Shown: one piece after another, positions 1 through 13,479 of the stretch
Layout: each line of letters opens with the position of its first letter
Position numbering within the stretch: position 1 is the stretch's first letter
Assembly: GCA_001662655.1 (NCBI GenBank)
Contig: KV460248.1
DNA length: 64,000 nucleotides
Strand: one strand, 5' to 3'
DNA from: Pseudogymnoascus verrucosus
Lineage: Eukaryota
Position numbers and translations under genes: made by a program
Notes under the pieces: model-generated
What the model saw: only the letters and a program-made list of their open reading frames with translations
Told to the model about the DNA's origin: nothing
Database searches by the model: none

Positions 1-3000
1 TGGGCACCCTTCGGGGGTTATGCCTCGTTTTTGGGCAGAAGGGGAGGGGGAGGGAGGGGGAGGTATCTTTGTGATGGGTAGTGTGTACTTTAACTCTTTG
101 GGCTGTGGTTTGGAGGGAGGGGAGGGATTTGGGGTATTTGGGCATGGATGGATGGCCTGGGGATGGATGGGATGGGGGATAAATGGAGACCACAGTGCTG
201 GACGGACGGGGATGGAGGAATTGGAGAAATGGAGAAAAAACATGGGAGAGATTGGTAAACTGTAACAGTACCACGGCAAGCCCACTGCCACTTAAATCTG
301 GCACTGTCCTCGATCCGGCGCACTCTCTGCGGAGCCCAGATTACAGTACCATCCATCCGTCGTCGCGACGGTTTGTGTTTGTGTGGTTGTGTGGTATTGG
401 CACTGCGTCAGAGGGGGAGTCCAGACTTTCGGCGACGGGCTGGCATCGGGAGTTTCCTTTCCACAACCCAAGGGCAAGTCGCAACGACATCAAGATACAC
501 CGCACTCACCCTCTCTACAGTGAAGTGCAGTACGCCCGCCCTATCCCTTCCGTCAGCATCCCGTCACTCACAAACCCCTCACCATCACCAAGAACTCCTA
601 CATACATACTATTGCATCATCCCCCTATATAACCGCCTTGCCCTGTGTGTCAAGTGACGTTGGACCAAAAAACCCTCCCTCGCGCCCGACCAAACCTGAA
701 CTGAACTGCCTTGGGCCGCTCCGCTCGGGGCACTGCAAACACCAGCACCACGGGTACTGGGATGCGCTGCTGCACCTCGCCCGAAACCGTCGGCTGCGAC
801 ACGACACGACACATCGATATGATGGACTGCTGTTGCGGACGCAGGCAGGGTCCTTGACGCAGGCGGGCTGCGAGGCATGGCATGCAAGCAAGCACGGCGG
901 TACGGTGGGCGCGTCGTCGCCGTTTTGTTGAAAGGGGGGGAAGGGGGGGGGGGGTTGTTGGGTTTGCGGTTGCGTTGACTTGACTTGATGTTCAGCTTGC
1001 TGCAGGATGCTTATCATATATCTCATTGAGATCATCAGGCCGCGATGAGACGGCCTGCCTCGTTGGTGCTTGTGTTGGATTGTTGGCTGTCCATCCCCCT
1101 TCCTCCCTCCCTTTCCCCTTTCCCTCCCTCTCCCTCCCTCCCGTACATCCTCACCTCCCTCCAACTACCAACGTCGCACACCCGCACGCCCACCCAACCC
1201 CAATCGACAGACAAACACACCGTCCTGTCTCCGCCCTACCCTGCGTCCGACGCAACGGCGGTGCACAGGCGCAACGCGCGGGTACTCCCTCCCTCCCTCC
1301 CTCCCTTCGCCGCCTGAAACCCCCATCCATCCCGCGCGCTGCGCTCAGGCATCGCGCCCCCGTCCGTCCGTCTCCTTTGCCGATTTTCTGCATCGCGGGA
1401 GGGAGGGACGGGGCATCGGCGGTGCGTGCGGTGGGGGGAAAAGGGGGGAGCCCGGGGGGGGAGGGGGAGGTGAGGTGTCGTAGATCAAACAGGTCTGTTC
1501 TCTGTTCCTCCTTGCTGTGCGTTGGCGGGCTGCTGGGGGCGGGGGGGGGGGTGGAGAGGCGGATTGGGGGCGCTCCGAGACATTTGCAAGTCTCGGTGAA
1601 GGACCGAGGCGAGGGTGAAGGGGGGAGGTGAGGATTGATAATTCCTCCTCCGTGTTTGTGCTTATCACCTGCCCTCCACCCCCCGGCGACCGTTCGCCCC
1701 TTTATTTTGCTTTTGTTTAGGTGGTTAGGTGGTGCCCGAGACACGGCCTGGGGAGCTGCTGGGGGAGGGAATTGGGATTGGGGGTGGGACTCATTTCGTA
1801 TTTTCCTTTCCCGTCTCGAAGCACGGCGAGAGAGAGATTGTTAATTTGGCGATGATGGCGCGTGGTGCTGCACAAACTGGATACAAACTGCACACAGACA
1901 GGCGTTGGGTGTTTGGGGGCAGTGCGTGTGTGTGTGTACTTTACGGTACTGTTACTGTAAGATACATTCCTCTATCTAACCTAACCGCTGCCCGAAATAA
2001 TAATAATAATTCTGCAAAATGCGTGAAAGACCACAATTCATCACAATCATAATCACCAACACACGCCAATTTACCTAGGCCCCGTTGACAGCGACCGTGG
2101 TATCGACCGACCGACCAACCGCCCCACGATGAAGGCCGCATACATGGCCGCCCGCCACACCACACACCACGCACACCGCGCGCGCGCGCGCGTCCGCCCC
2201 CGCATCGAATTCTCGTCAGGGGACCAGAGATGTATGTAGGTCTTGCAGCCATCACACCCTCACCTCGTCCCACCCCCTGGATGCCCAAAAAATGTCGTTT
2301 ACAGTCAGTACCCATCCATCCATCAACCCTGTTGTCGTAGGGCGAGGCGAGATATGCTTCTCGCTCGTTGCGGTAGTGGTGAGCCGGGGGAGGGTATGGA
2401 ATCAAGAAAGCAGATGGGCGCGTAGGTGGTGTTGGATGGATGGAAGGGGGGGATAGATTAAATCATCGCCACTTCCAACAACAGCACATGGGGAATGAGT
2501 GGTGATGATGTGACCAACACGTAGCGGAAATCGAACGAACACTACGATTCCCGTTCCCGTCCGTCCCTCATGATCGCGGAATGAAAATCTCGAATCGCCA
2601 CCACCACACATCGAAGGATAGCCAGGGGGGGGTTGGTTGTAGTGTCGATATTTCGTCTATCCCCCTCACCCGCCAAGAACCTGCGCTGCGGCATTCCCGC
2701 CCTCCCGCTGTTGGTGATCCCGACCCCCCTTCCCGAACCCTACGATGCGCGGGCTGGAGCGGGCAAGATTTCTCGTTTCTCGCTAGGGGGCTAATGTAGT
2801 GCTTACACTCTACTGTACGTATGTATGTACACCGGACAGGTTGAGTAGTGACGCACGATACTGCGCGCTGTTTACTACTTGGCGGTAGGTATATGCAGTG
2901 CTGACCACATCTCCGCGGAAGTGCAGCGGACTGTTATGGATGATGATGGAGACGAGACGAGACAAGACGGTGTACTACTACTGCACTGCGCTGTTGTGAA

Positions 3001-6000
3001 CACACACCGGTGGGGCAACCGAGCGAGCGAGCGAGGGATGCGATCCCTACGGGAGGACTGCGGCTACGGCGGTGAATTTCCCTATGCGCGCCGCCGCCGC
3101 CGCTGTTAGCGACGATGACCACCTTTCCATCCCAGCTGGGCTGGGTAATAAGATCATTTCCTGATGGTCGTGTGTGCATGCATGTGCTGGTTGCTGGCTA
3201 GTTTATGTCGGAAGGGGAAGGGAGGGGGAGAAGCAGGGGGTAGCCACTGATGCCGCGTTGAGCGCGTGGTGAGAACTAAGGCTATTTTGTTGTTGTATGA
3301 CACGGCTGCGTTCCTTGCTGCCGTAATAAAACGCCGAGGGGGATGAAATGAAATGAAATGAGAGGAGATACGAGGATCTCTCTACTACGGAGGAGGCAGG
3401 TGAGGTGAGACAACAGCCTGTCATATTAAAATTGAATTCCAATATGTGCCATCCCATCCCATAGTAGCAGCCACGGCCCGCGCTGGGCTCGGGAGTTGTA
3501 CGACCTCGGTGAGCGGGTAGACGAGGGAAGGGGAAGGAGGGCGTAAGGGAGGATCCAAGACCGCATGCGACCCTTTCTGCAGATATTGATAGATTGCTTC
3601 ATTAAACCGGGCAAACGCGGTGCACTGAGATGTTTGCGAATATCTCACCTCGCCTTGCCGCCTATGCAGGTAGATGCACTGATGCGGCCGGGTGGTCGCA
3701 GGTGGTGGGTATCCAACGGAGAGGCAAACAAACTGACAGATGGAGTGACAGATGCAGGTGGACGGGACGGAAGCAGGGAGGAAGGTCGGGAGGGAGGGAA
3801 GGGGGGGGGAGTGACACGACGCAGACGGAGGTCTGACGTCTCTTTGGGTTGTCTGTGTTGTATGTATGTGGAGAGCGCAAATGGGGATACGGGCATAGCC
3901 GCCGTAATCGCGTGTTCCAACGAGGAAGCAGGGTAGAAGTCCAAGTCCAACAGACATGTTAATTTTACGGGAAGCTGCAAGCCTGCCCTGCCCTGCCTTG
4001 TGCCTCGTGGCCTCTGACCGAGCGCGTACAGTTACCAGAATAGGCTCGTTGGGTTGCGGGTTGGGGGCTGGGTTCGGGGGTCCCTTGCCGCCGCCGTTAT
4101 ACCATGAGGTAGGTGACCAAAAATGCGCCGCCGCCTCCGTCGAAAATTCTCAGCTTGGGGCGGAGAAAGTGGGAAAGTAGTGCCCAGTGAGTGAGTGAGT
4201 GGAGGAAGGGACTGGATGGACGGACGGACGGGGTTGCATTACATAGCCGTCGCTAGCTAGCCAGTGTGTCTCTGTCTGTCTGTACTGTCACCTCTCACAC
4301 CGAATGCATGGGACGGGTGGTGGCGACGGGTAAATTGTAAACTTGGGTTTTTTTTCCCCCTTCGGTGGTGGGTGAGTCTCTTGGTATCATGTCGTATGGT
4401 TGAGGATGCTTGCGTATTGCGTGGTGGATGTGGTAAGGCGTTAGTAGTGTTAAGTCGTGTTTAGTCGTGTTTAGTCGTATTAGTCGTATTATCAGCGTTA
4501 GTACTCCTTAAGTGTCCTCCCCTCGTCTCGGCACCCACGCAAACCCCATACATCGTCGTCATCCCTCTCCAAAACTACTCCCAGCAAGCCTGCACGCGGA
4601 CATCGCCAAGCATTCGAAGGGAAAGGGACGAGACGAGACCGAGGGGAAGGAAGGGAAGGGAAGGGAGCGGAGCGGTAGAGTAGTAGGTTTGGTTTGGTTT
4701 GTGGTAGGGTACGGGTACGGCGGTACGGTGCATGCGGTAGAGGATACTTGTCTCTCTCTAGCAGATGCTACTTACTGTACTGTACCCATAGATCTGCCGG
4801 GAAGGGGAGGAAGTTGGTGGCGGATAGACCGACGGCGTGGCAGTGGGTGGGATGGGGATGGGGAGGGCCAGTGTGGGATGGGCTGGGCTGGGTTACAGGT
4901 ACCGCATGTTCTCTGTGTGTGTATGTAATGTACGAGAAGGTGCAGGTGCAGGAGAGCAGGAAGGGAAGGGTATGTGATGTAGAGTACGGTACTGCTTCGT
5001 CCTGCATCTTTGTGGCCCTGTGTCCTGCGTCGTTCTTTCTCTCCACGATCCCGTCCCATCAAAATCCCCATCGGCATCATCGACGCAGCACAGCCACCAC
5101 TTTCACTCCCTTCCAAGACATCTTGTCCATTGCCCATCTGTGCCATCTTCCCACCACACCCATCGTCTTCCCCGATTGTGGCACCAAACACACGACACAC
5201 ACACACAGACTCCCTTACCAAGTTCCCTCTCAACTGAATCGGTATTAGTAGTCTCGTATGTACACTCCAGTACCACTCCTAACCCATCGCCTCTTCCTCC
5301 TCCATCTCCCCATCCGGAGAGTCCATCCTCACCATCATACCATACACCATACACCAAACACGCCTCCACTCCCATCCCATCCCATCCGTCTGACCGCATC
5401 CATCCAGCATCGCCCCGCCCCTTCCCTCCCTTCCCATTCCCACCCCTCCCCCCTCGCCCCCATCCCTGCACACCCGAACCCCCATCTCCCCCCCCCTGCG
5501 CGCGGCCATTGGCTGCACCCGCTCCCCAACCCACGCGCCAGGAATTCCAGGCTGTCGCCAGCCAGACCCAAGTCAGCCGAGCTGGGTCGCGCTTGTGCAC
5601 GGCGGACCGGGGTAGGGGGGTGGGTGGGAAGTGGGTGTGTGGGTTTGGGTGTACTTTGTAGGTGGGTGGTACCCTGGTGTACTTGACTTGTAGTTTGTGT
5701 GTGTGTGTGTGTGTGTTTTTTCACTCACTAGCTGGTACCAGAGACGGTACGGTGGTACGCTGGAGGCGGTGGGTTTGGTGGGTTTGGTGGGTGCTGGGGC
5801 GGGTTGTTCCAGTGAGTGGATAACCCCTGTTGGCTGTTAGCTGTTAGCTGTTGGGAAGATGGAGATGTGGACATGGGAGTTGGATGAGACATGGTGAGGA
5901 GGAGGCCGATGAGGAGTTCTACTGGCTACCAAAGTATTGTACGGAGTTACAGTAGTAAGGCGGGGCGGAGGGGGGAGAAGGAGAGATGTATGTATGTGGA

Positions 6001-8779
6001 GAGTAGGAAGAGATTCATGGGAGGGAAGAAGGGAAGGAAGGAAGGGAGGGGAGGGGCGAAATGGGAGGGGGGGAGGGGTGATGGTGATGGTAGGTGAGGT
6101 AAGTACTCTACTGTATACTGCACTATACTACACTATACTGCAACCTGCACACATACTACACTACTTTCAACGCTGGACAGGCAAAGAGAAAAAAACGATG
6201 TGTGTATCCATACGTGATGTTGTTTTATGTCTACTACATACTATACTATCCCTAATATGCCTGTCTGCGTTTGTGCGTGGATACTGGGTGTACGAGGTGA
6301 GACTGGCTGACTTTACCAGAAACTATCTATTTTGCTCCATCCCTCCCCATACACTATCTACTGTATCTACTCTAGATGACTGTGTAGTTATATGTACTCT
6401 ACTGTTAATTGACCGACTGATCGTGCACATACACACAGGCATACATACACACGATAGTCGACGGGGATCATGGCGGATGCTACTGCAAACTACCAGTTAT
6501 ACCTTACACCTTACACCTTACACCCATAATCCATAATACTACACCATACTACTCACGGACTGAATGACTTGCATCTGAACTTGTACTGGCCTGACCTGAC
6601 CAACTCCGTCACCGTTCTTGTTCTATTCTAATCCTCGTCTTCTTCATCCTATCTACTTTCTCTCTTTTCTATCTTTCTATCCTCCGTAAACTCTCTCTCT
6701 CTCACCCACTCACTCACCTCCTCCTCGACTCACTCCCCTCCCTTGCGCCCCTCTATACACAACCTTCAACCCACACGTAGGCCCCGCAAAGGAAAAAAAG
6801 AAAAGAAACGAAACGAAATTCCTCCTTCTCTTTATTACTTCGATTTTGCCCTCGCCGGACCGCACAAAATTCCCCGCAGAGAAATCTTGCCCTGAGAGCT
6901 GAGCTGAGCTGAGCCGTGCCGCACCGCACTCCACGTCAGCAACAAACCACACACTTCACTTCACATCACACAACCCACCAACAGACAAACAAAAAAATAT
7001 CCTACCCACGAAAGGAATCCGCGCCCACTCTCACTCACTCAAATTCACCCCCACCAACCCACCACGAGGAAATCTGAATCTCAGCTTCCCAAGTGTCTCG
7101 CGACCCCTCATATTACAGTCGCACACACAGCAAGCAAACCAAGCACCTCCCCGCGACTACTACTACCCCCCCCAGCGCAACCGCAGCGCTCCGGCTCGCA
7201 GCATCCATTCCCCATCGCCGGCAGATCAGGGTAGCTAGTCTTCCCTTCGGTCCGGTTCGCGGTCCTTCCTTAGAGGTCGACACCCGTCAGGATCAACAGC
7301 GCGGGCGATAGTCGCAAACAAAGGCTGGTAACGAGTCCTTGGGCGCACCACAAAAATCTCGGAGACCCGAATAAGTTACCATTTCCCAGATCTGGGCAGA
7401 CGGGGACTAAAGACGGACGACGGACTTGAATTGAAGAGGGTATTGCCACTTGGTTGTACGGCTCAGGTTAGTATTTTCTACAGTTTGTACTGTACGAACT
7501 GAGAGAAAGAAGGAAAGACAGAAAGTTGAATTGGCGCGAAACAGACGCCAGAATACTCTCACAATAAACCTCACACCTCATACCCACGGGAAGCGCGAAT
7601 CTTGCTACCTGGTTGAGCCCATTACAACCCCCATTCCAAGGAATTTCTCAAGAACCAAAGGAACATCAGAAAAACATCCTGAATCGCAGAAATACCTCTC
7701 CCCCCAAATCCTGCAATCTCGCGGCCCCAGAATTCCGATTTCCTGGTTGAGAGGGCACCGAAGGTCCACTTGGGGCGATCTACTGTTCCGCAAAGTTTGG
7801 TACACTTGTCACCGCCGGAGGCAGACGAAATTGGCGCTTGGAAAATTTTAGAAGAGTTACTTACGGGAGGGAAGGCGCGAAACGCAGTGGGACGGTGAAA
7901 AAAACCCACAGCCACACACAAAACACGCACAAGCACCAAGGAGCACAAAGCAGAAACGCGCGCGCACACACACACACTTAAACTATCTACGGCAGTACGG
8001 TAAAGAAAGTAAAGTCGTGCAGCAGTTGCCGGGTTTTGTGGACTCGTCCAACTTCAAACATCACACCACTGGGAATACAAGGGAAATACAAAGAGAGAAA
8101 GGAAATATACAGTTGAGCCGGATCAGCTGAATCGCGGACCTGAATCATCGATCTTTGGTCGTTCTGGGTCGACCTCGCTCGCTATCCGCAGGGCCCGTCC
8201 GCTATCACATACACTAAAAGGCCCCCCCCGAGCCTTTGCAACCCCGCTGAAGGACAGCCCGGTCTGAGAGCTGAACAGCCCAATCCGCGGGTACATTTGG
8301 AACCCCTCTCCCCCCCTAAACCTCCCCCACCTCATCTCTCCATTATCACATAATCCATCTTCTGCCCTCTGCCACCTCCTCTTCCTCTCCATCCGACTTC
8401 AACTTATCGGGTACAACGATCACATCGCAAGCAGTTTGTGCATATCGCCACTGTCTTGCTTCTGTATCGGACTCTCTCACAGTCCTTGCCGCCAGACCAA
8501 TTCTTGACGTTTTTCCAAGAATAATCAACCGGCTAGAACTGCGACTTATCGCCTTCTCACCTTCCACACCGACATACGACCACCAACTTCGAATTTCGCC
8601 TCCATAAACACACCTAGCGATACGAAATAAACCACAATAAACCGCAAACGACCATCTCTCACTTCTCCCTACACGACCAATCTCCCGGACGTGTAAACAC
8701 CATCCAGCGACTTCATCTCGCGGACTTTTGAAGCCAAAACCTCCCCAATCAATCCGTCACCGTGGCGATCTATCACAAT

Positions 8780-9956
8780 ATGTCGTATTCGGAACAGCAA
8801 GGAGGTCCCTATCCTCCCCCTAGAGACCCGCGCGATCTTGGAGAATCGCAGTACCCTCCACCTCCAGGAGAGTACCCCCCGCCACCCGGGGAAGAAGACG
8901 ACCGCGCGAGGGCGTACCACCAGCGCGCGCCAATGCCGACCAACGTCACGCTGCCCTCAATATCTCCGTACGATCCACAGTATGCTGCGACAAACGGCTA
9001 CCCGCAGGATCCGAGGTACAGACAGGATCCGTATCATCAGGGGCCGCCACAGGGCGCCTACGACCAGCGTGCTTATCAGGGAGAGTACAATAGGGGCGGA
9101 CCTCCACATATGGCATTCAGCCAGACCGCGCCGAGGCAACGGACCGCAATCGCATGCAGGTATTGCAGAAGACGCAAGGTAAGCCTTATTCCCCATGCCG
9201 ACTTGCGAATCGCAAGTTTTGGCGAAAGTCTTGTATGTTTCGAGTATTAGAGGCTGACATCACCTTCAGATTCGCTGCTCAGGTTTCGAGGATAACCCGA
9301 CGGGCAAGTGCCAGAACTGCCAGAGATTCCAGCAGGAGTGCATCTTCACCCCCGTCTCGTCGCAGGCTCAGGCTTTCGTCCCAGCGCACGCCGCGTACCC
9401 ACACATGCGCAACGTCATGGGCCCCGACGGGCGCCCGCGACACATGTACCAGAACCAGCAGCTCTACGGCGCGCATGGACAACCCCTAGGCCCTATTCCG
9501 CAGCAGGGAGCCCAGGGGTCGCAGTATGGCGAATACGCCGTTCCGTCGCCGACGGGGTCGTATAACAGCTTCACAGAAGACCGAGGAGGGGATACTGGTA
9601 GGAAACGACCGCACGGCGAGCCGCAGGCGTCTATCCTACCGCCACCTAATCCGGGACAACCTCCTTATCCGCGCCAAGAGCCGGGAAGGCGGCCTCCTGT
9701 CGATGACGATTTGCGCCTCGCGCCAGTGACACCGGTGGTTGGACAGGCGAACTCGAATTACTCCCCTGGCTCCTCTACTTCCTCCACCTCAGGCAAGCGT
9801 CCAGGAAATGAAGGACTGCCGTCTATGTCCCGCACACCGCCTCTGCGTTCGTCTCCTGGCGATCGCAGTGATCCTATGGCTCTGGGGAATATCATGGAGC
9901 GGCGTCCTGAAACGGAGATCGATAGGAATATGCTCGGTCGTCTTGGTCGGAAGTAA
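8780..9956 (+). CDS. Zn(II)2Cys6 transcription factor, small Pro/Gln/Tyr-rich type (tentatively McrA-like); exons 8780-9178, 9270-9956
   Basis: Splicing GTAAGC..GCTGAC..CAG (9179-9269) rebuilds ACRYCRRRK|IRCSGFEDNPTGKCQNCQRFQQEC, a complete six-Cys binuclear cluster. The frame continues to TAA at 9956. The McrA assignment is from memory and uncertain. Confidence 0.9.
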
Positions 9957-11317
9957 AGCAAGCAAGCAGAGCAGATGAACGCTTCTGTGGAGCGAACTGC
10001 TATGCGCTAGCGACGAAGAATCCATTCTTGCAAATTCATTTATAAAAACCTCATCTTCTCGTAATAAACCAGCCCTCGGGGTTTGTCGACGACCTCCTTT
10101 TCTCGCATGCCAAAGAGACGGCCCCGAGGGTTGTTTTTTACGGAGTAGGGTATTGTGTCTTCCGCCGAACTTTGAGGGGAGACGGGAACAGCTGGCTGCA
10201 CTCCCAACATCTCCTGTGGACGCCGCGGAGCTCAGGACCCGAATATTTGGCCCGTTTACTTCACTTTTATTCTGTGCCGTTTTTACAGTTTTTTTTTTAC
10301 TCTTATAACAACCACTAGCTTTCGTCAACACACGGTTCTAGAACACAAATATTTCTCCGCTCCTTCCCCTTCTTACCTTTTTTGAGGCAACGAGAAATTG
10401 GGAGAGGGGCTAGAGGGAGGGGTGGACAACCCTTTTCTTCTTATTTCATAGTTTTTTTTTTTTTTTTTTATCAAGTCAACACCGGAGTCAAAAGAGAAAT
10501 GTTAGATGGGAACAACTGCCTCACGGCAAAACAATCAGAAATTCATATCGGTGTTCATCAGGAAACGGACAGGGGTGTGGGGCGGAATTTTAAAAAAGGG
10601 GCGGAAATCTTATTGCTAGGCTTTTTGTCCTCTTTTTTGGTGGGGGGTTGGTTGGGCGGCTATCTGCTTTTTTGCATCGGGCGGCTGGGCGGACTGACTG
10701 GGTTTTTGTCGCGCGCGAGAGGCGGGAGGAGGAAGGCGGCGAGGTGATACTGGGGAGCGGGGCCGTTGCGGCTCTTGGGGGGGGGGATGGGAGTAGGGCA
10801 GAATGGGAATGGAGGCACACTTTTTTGGGGGGACACGGACGGGGTCGGGGGGTGGGCGGCTTTTTGCTTTATTGTTTTTATGCGCGCGGGTTCTAGTTTT
10901 TTTTTTTGCTACTGCTGTTTTTTTGTAGTTGGTTGATGTTGATGTTGATGCTTTTAACGCTAATGCATGTTGAGAGAATATGAAGAATGAGCTCTTATGT
11001 GTGGTTGTGTTTGTGAAGATGGGGGTATGAGGGTGTGAGTGATGTGATGAGTGATGTGAATGATTAGGGAGGGGGGTTGATATGCGGTGAGGGTGTGTGA
11101 ATGTATGGTGGTGTGCGGTGAAGCGAAGATGAGTGAGAATACTGTAGATAAATACTCTGCCCATTCATAAGGAGTAAGATCACAACGGCGGTAGTACACA
11201 CAAATAATATGCCAAGGTATGGCATTGGTTCTATCTACGTAAACTACCACCATCTATCCCATTACCCCAAACCATGATGATCTCCGTATCTAGAAAACCA
11301 AATGTATCCCACCAAAC

Positions 11318-13104
11318 CTACGCATCAACCCCCTCCACCGACGGCAGCGGAATCGATCGATACAGCAGAATCAGCGCCGAGTGCGACTCTCCGCCACCAC
11401 ATAGGGTGTCAATCTTCTCCGCCTCCACCTCGGTAACCTTGTCATCATTAAACCACCACCACTTCCCATCCTCCTCCTCCCTCTTCCCCGTCTTCTCATT
11501 CATCCGCCCCTCCTTCTTGACATACGACGTGTAATGCCCACTATCCGCACTAGCGCCCTGATGTGTGACCACACCCCGGAGCTCGTAGAGGCCTGACTTA
11601 TTCGCGCCTTCGTCCTTGGCGAGCTCGGGGTTGATCAGAGCGTGAAGCTCCTTCTTGGCGTTAAGAATGGAGGCTGCGCGCTCGGCTTCGATCTCGGCAT
11701 CGGTTCTGTAGGTCTCATCAGTCATCTCGGTGTCCCCCCCCGCAGCCGCAGCACTGCCCTCTGCGGCCTTCGCGGGGGCGGGGTCGGATTTCTTAGACTC
11801 AGTAACGGAATCCACAATCCCCGCCGCCTTATCCGCCTCCTCCTTATCATGCTGGCGCTTCTGGCGCTTACGCGCGCGCTCGACATCCTCGACCTCCTTC
11901 CGGACATCGCGGACCTTGTCGCGCACAGGGATGAGCATGGACTTCAAATGATCGGTGCAGAACTCCACGACATCGAGCTCGTGCGGGAACGTGACCTTGC
12001 GCATGATCTTCGCCTTCTTCTGGGCCTCGCGCTTCCAGTAGAAGCGGACGAAGTGGACGGTGAGGTAGGTGGGGAGGCGGGCGAGCTTGGATTTCTTGGT
12101 GTACATTGTGTCGCGATCTAGGAGGGCGGATTTCTTCTCAATCTGCTCGTCGAGGCCGGCGGCGAGGCCGTCGCGGAGGTGGTTGGTCGTGGCGCTGATG
12201 TGGCAGTCGAGTTTGAGGAAGGGTTCGGATGTTACTATGGGTTCCTCGCCGAGTTCCTTGGCGGCGGGGTCGTCGCACTCGAGGGAGGAGGAGAAGCGGC
12301 CGGCCATGTATTTGTCGATGAAGGAGGTTTCGGAGTCGTCTGTGTCCTTCATCTTGAGTTTTTGGCGGAGTTGGGAGACGATTTGGGACCAGGCTTCTTC
12401 GGCGTCTTGTTGGGCGTAGCCGTTTCCGGACTTGGCTTTTTGGGCGAATTGGGGATAGAGGTTCCGTAAGGCGCTGAGGAAGACTAGTGGTGGGAAGCCC
12501 TCCTGGGTATCGGCCATCTGGGAGTAGAGGTCGCGTAAGGATGCGGTCAGGTCCAATCCAGCAGAAGGTCCCCCGAGTCCAAACTGGCTCAGACCACCAA
12601 GTGCGCTGTTGGAATCCGTTGTGCCCTTGTATTTTGCGAGTTCCTTTTGTAGCTCGGGAACGGCGCGCAGTGTCTGGAGGGTGGAGTTGAGATAACATGT
12701 GTTGCCCAGGTTCTGCAATCCAGCTGGTGTGGCGCCATCCTGTCTTGCCTGCTCGGCTTCCGTCATATCCTCAACGAACTTTGTTTTCTCCTTCGGCCGC
12801 GAGATGGCGTTTCCATCCGTAGCTGGTGTGCCCATCATCATGAATGTCTGCCCCGGCTTTGCGCCGAGCTTCGATAGGTCGGTATCATCCTTGAGCTGGC
12901 CGCCCTTGACGAGGATCTTCTGTCGCTCTGGTTCGACGCCGGTAAGGGAATATAATTGGAATTTGAAGACCTCTCCCAGTGATGTCGGGTCGAGTTCTAC
13001 CTCGTATTTCTTCCCCTGGTGCTTCACGATGACTGACTGAAGGTTAGCATGTATTTATAATACGGCTGTTTGGGGCGCCGTGACTTGCCTGGTATGGTCG
13101 CCAT
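11318..13104 (-). CDS. UBP6: Proteasome-associated ubiquitin C-terminal hydrolase Ubp6/USP14; exons 13104-13089, 13032-11318
   Basis: N-terminal UBL (VIVKHQGKKYEVELD..QKILVKGG), Cys box GLQNLGNTCYLNS, His box HQGASADSGHY and WWWFNDDKV. The first exon MATIP joins through a GC-AG intron. Confidence 0.95.
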
Positions 13105-13479
13105 GATGCTTGTTCTCCTGTGAACAGGATATGAAAACGATTGAACTTTTCGGTTTTGTAGTTCCCTGCCAGATATTACAGAGTTGAGGAAAATGGCAAA
13201 CAGAAATGGACTGAGTGGTTGTGTTCTGAATCACTGATCAATTTCTGATTTAGGTGGCACACAACATACGCAACTACAAGGTAAACGATGGAGTCGCGGG
13301 GAAGAAGCTCAGTGATTGGTTGGGGCGCTTAGTCACAATGAGAGACGTCAACGTTCCTGTCGCGATGCGTGGCCGCCGCAACCCCACCATCCCAACTCGA
13401 CCCGGACTCCACTTCACGAGCATTGAATACGTTGACATCACACAGCTGCGTTGACTCGTAGCTCCAGCCATAGCTGATC

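Noticed and set aside
20..8567. Numerous 60-213 aa ORFs in the left region
   Set aside because: Pro/Gly/Arg-rich translations of low-complexity DNA, many starting at non-ATG codons, with no domains or coherent exon structure.
8732..8779. Non-AUG N-terminal extension of the C6 factor
   Set aside because: An in-frame TGA at 8729-8731 limits any extension to 16 codons.
10382..11253. ORFs between the C6 gene and UBP6
   Set aside because: T/G-rich low-complexity sequence consistent with convergent 3' UTRs.
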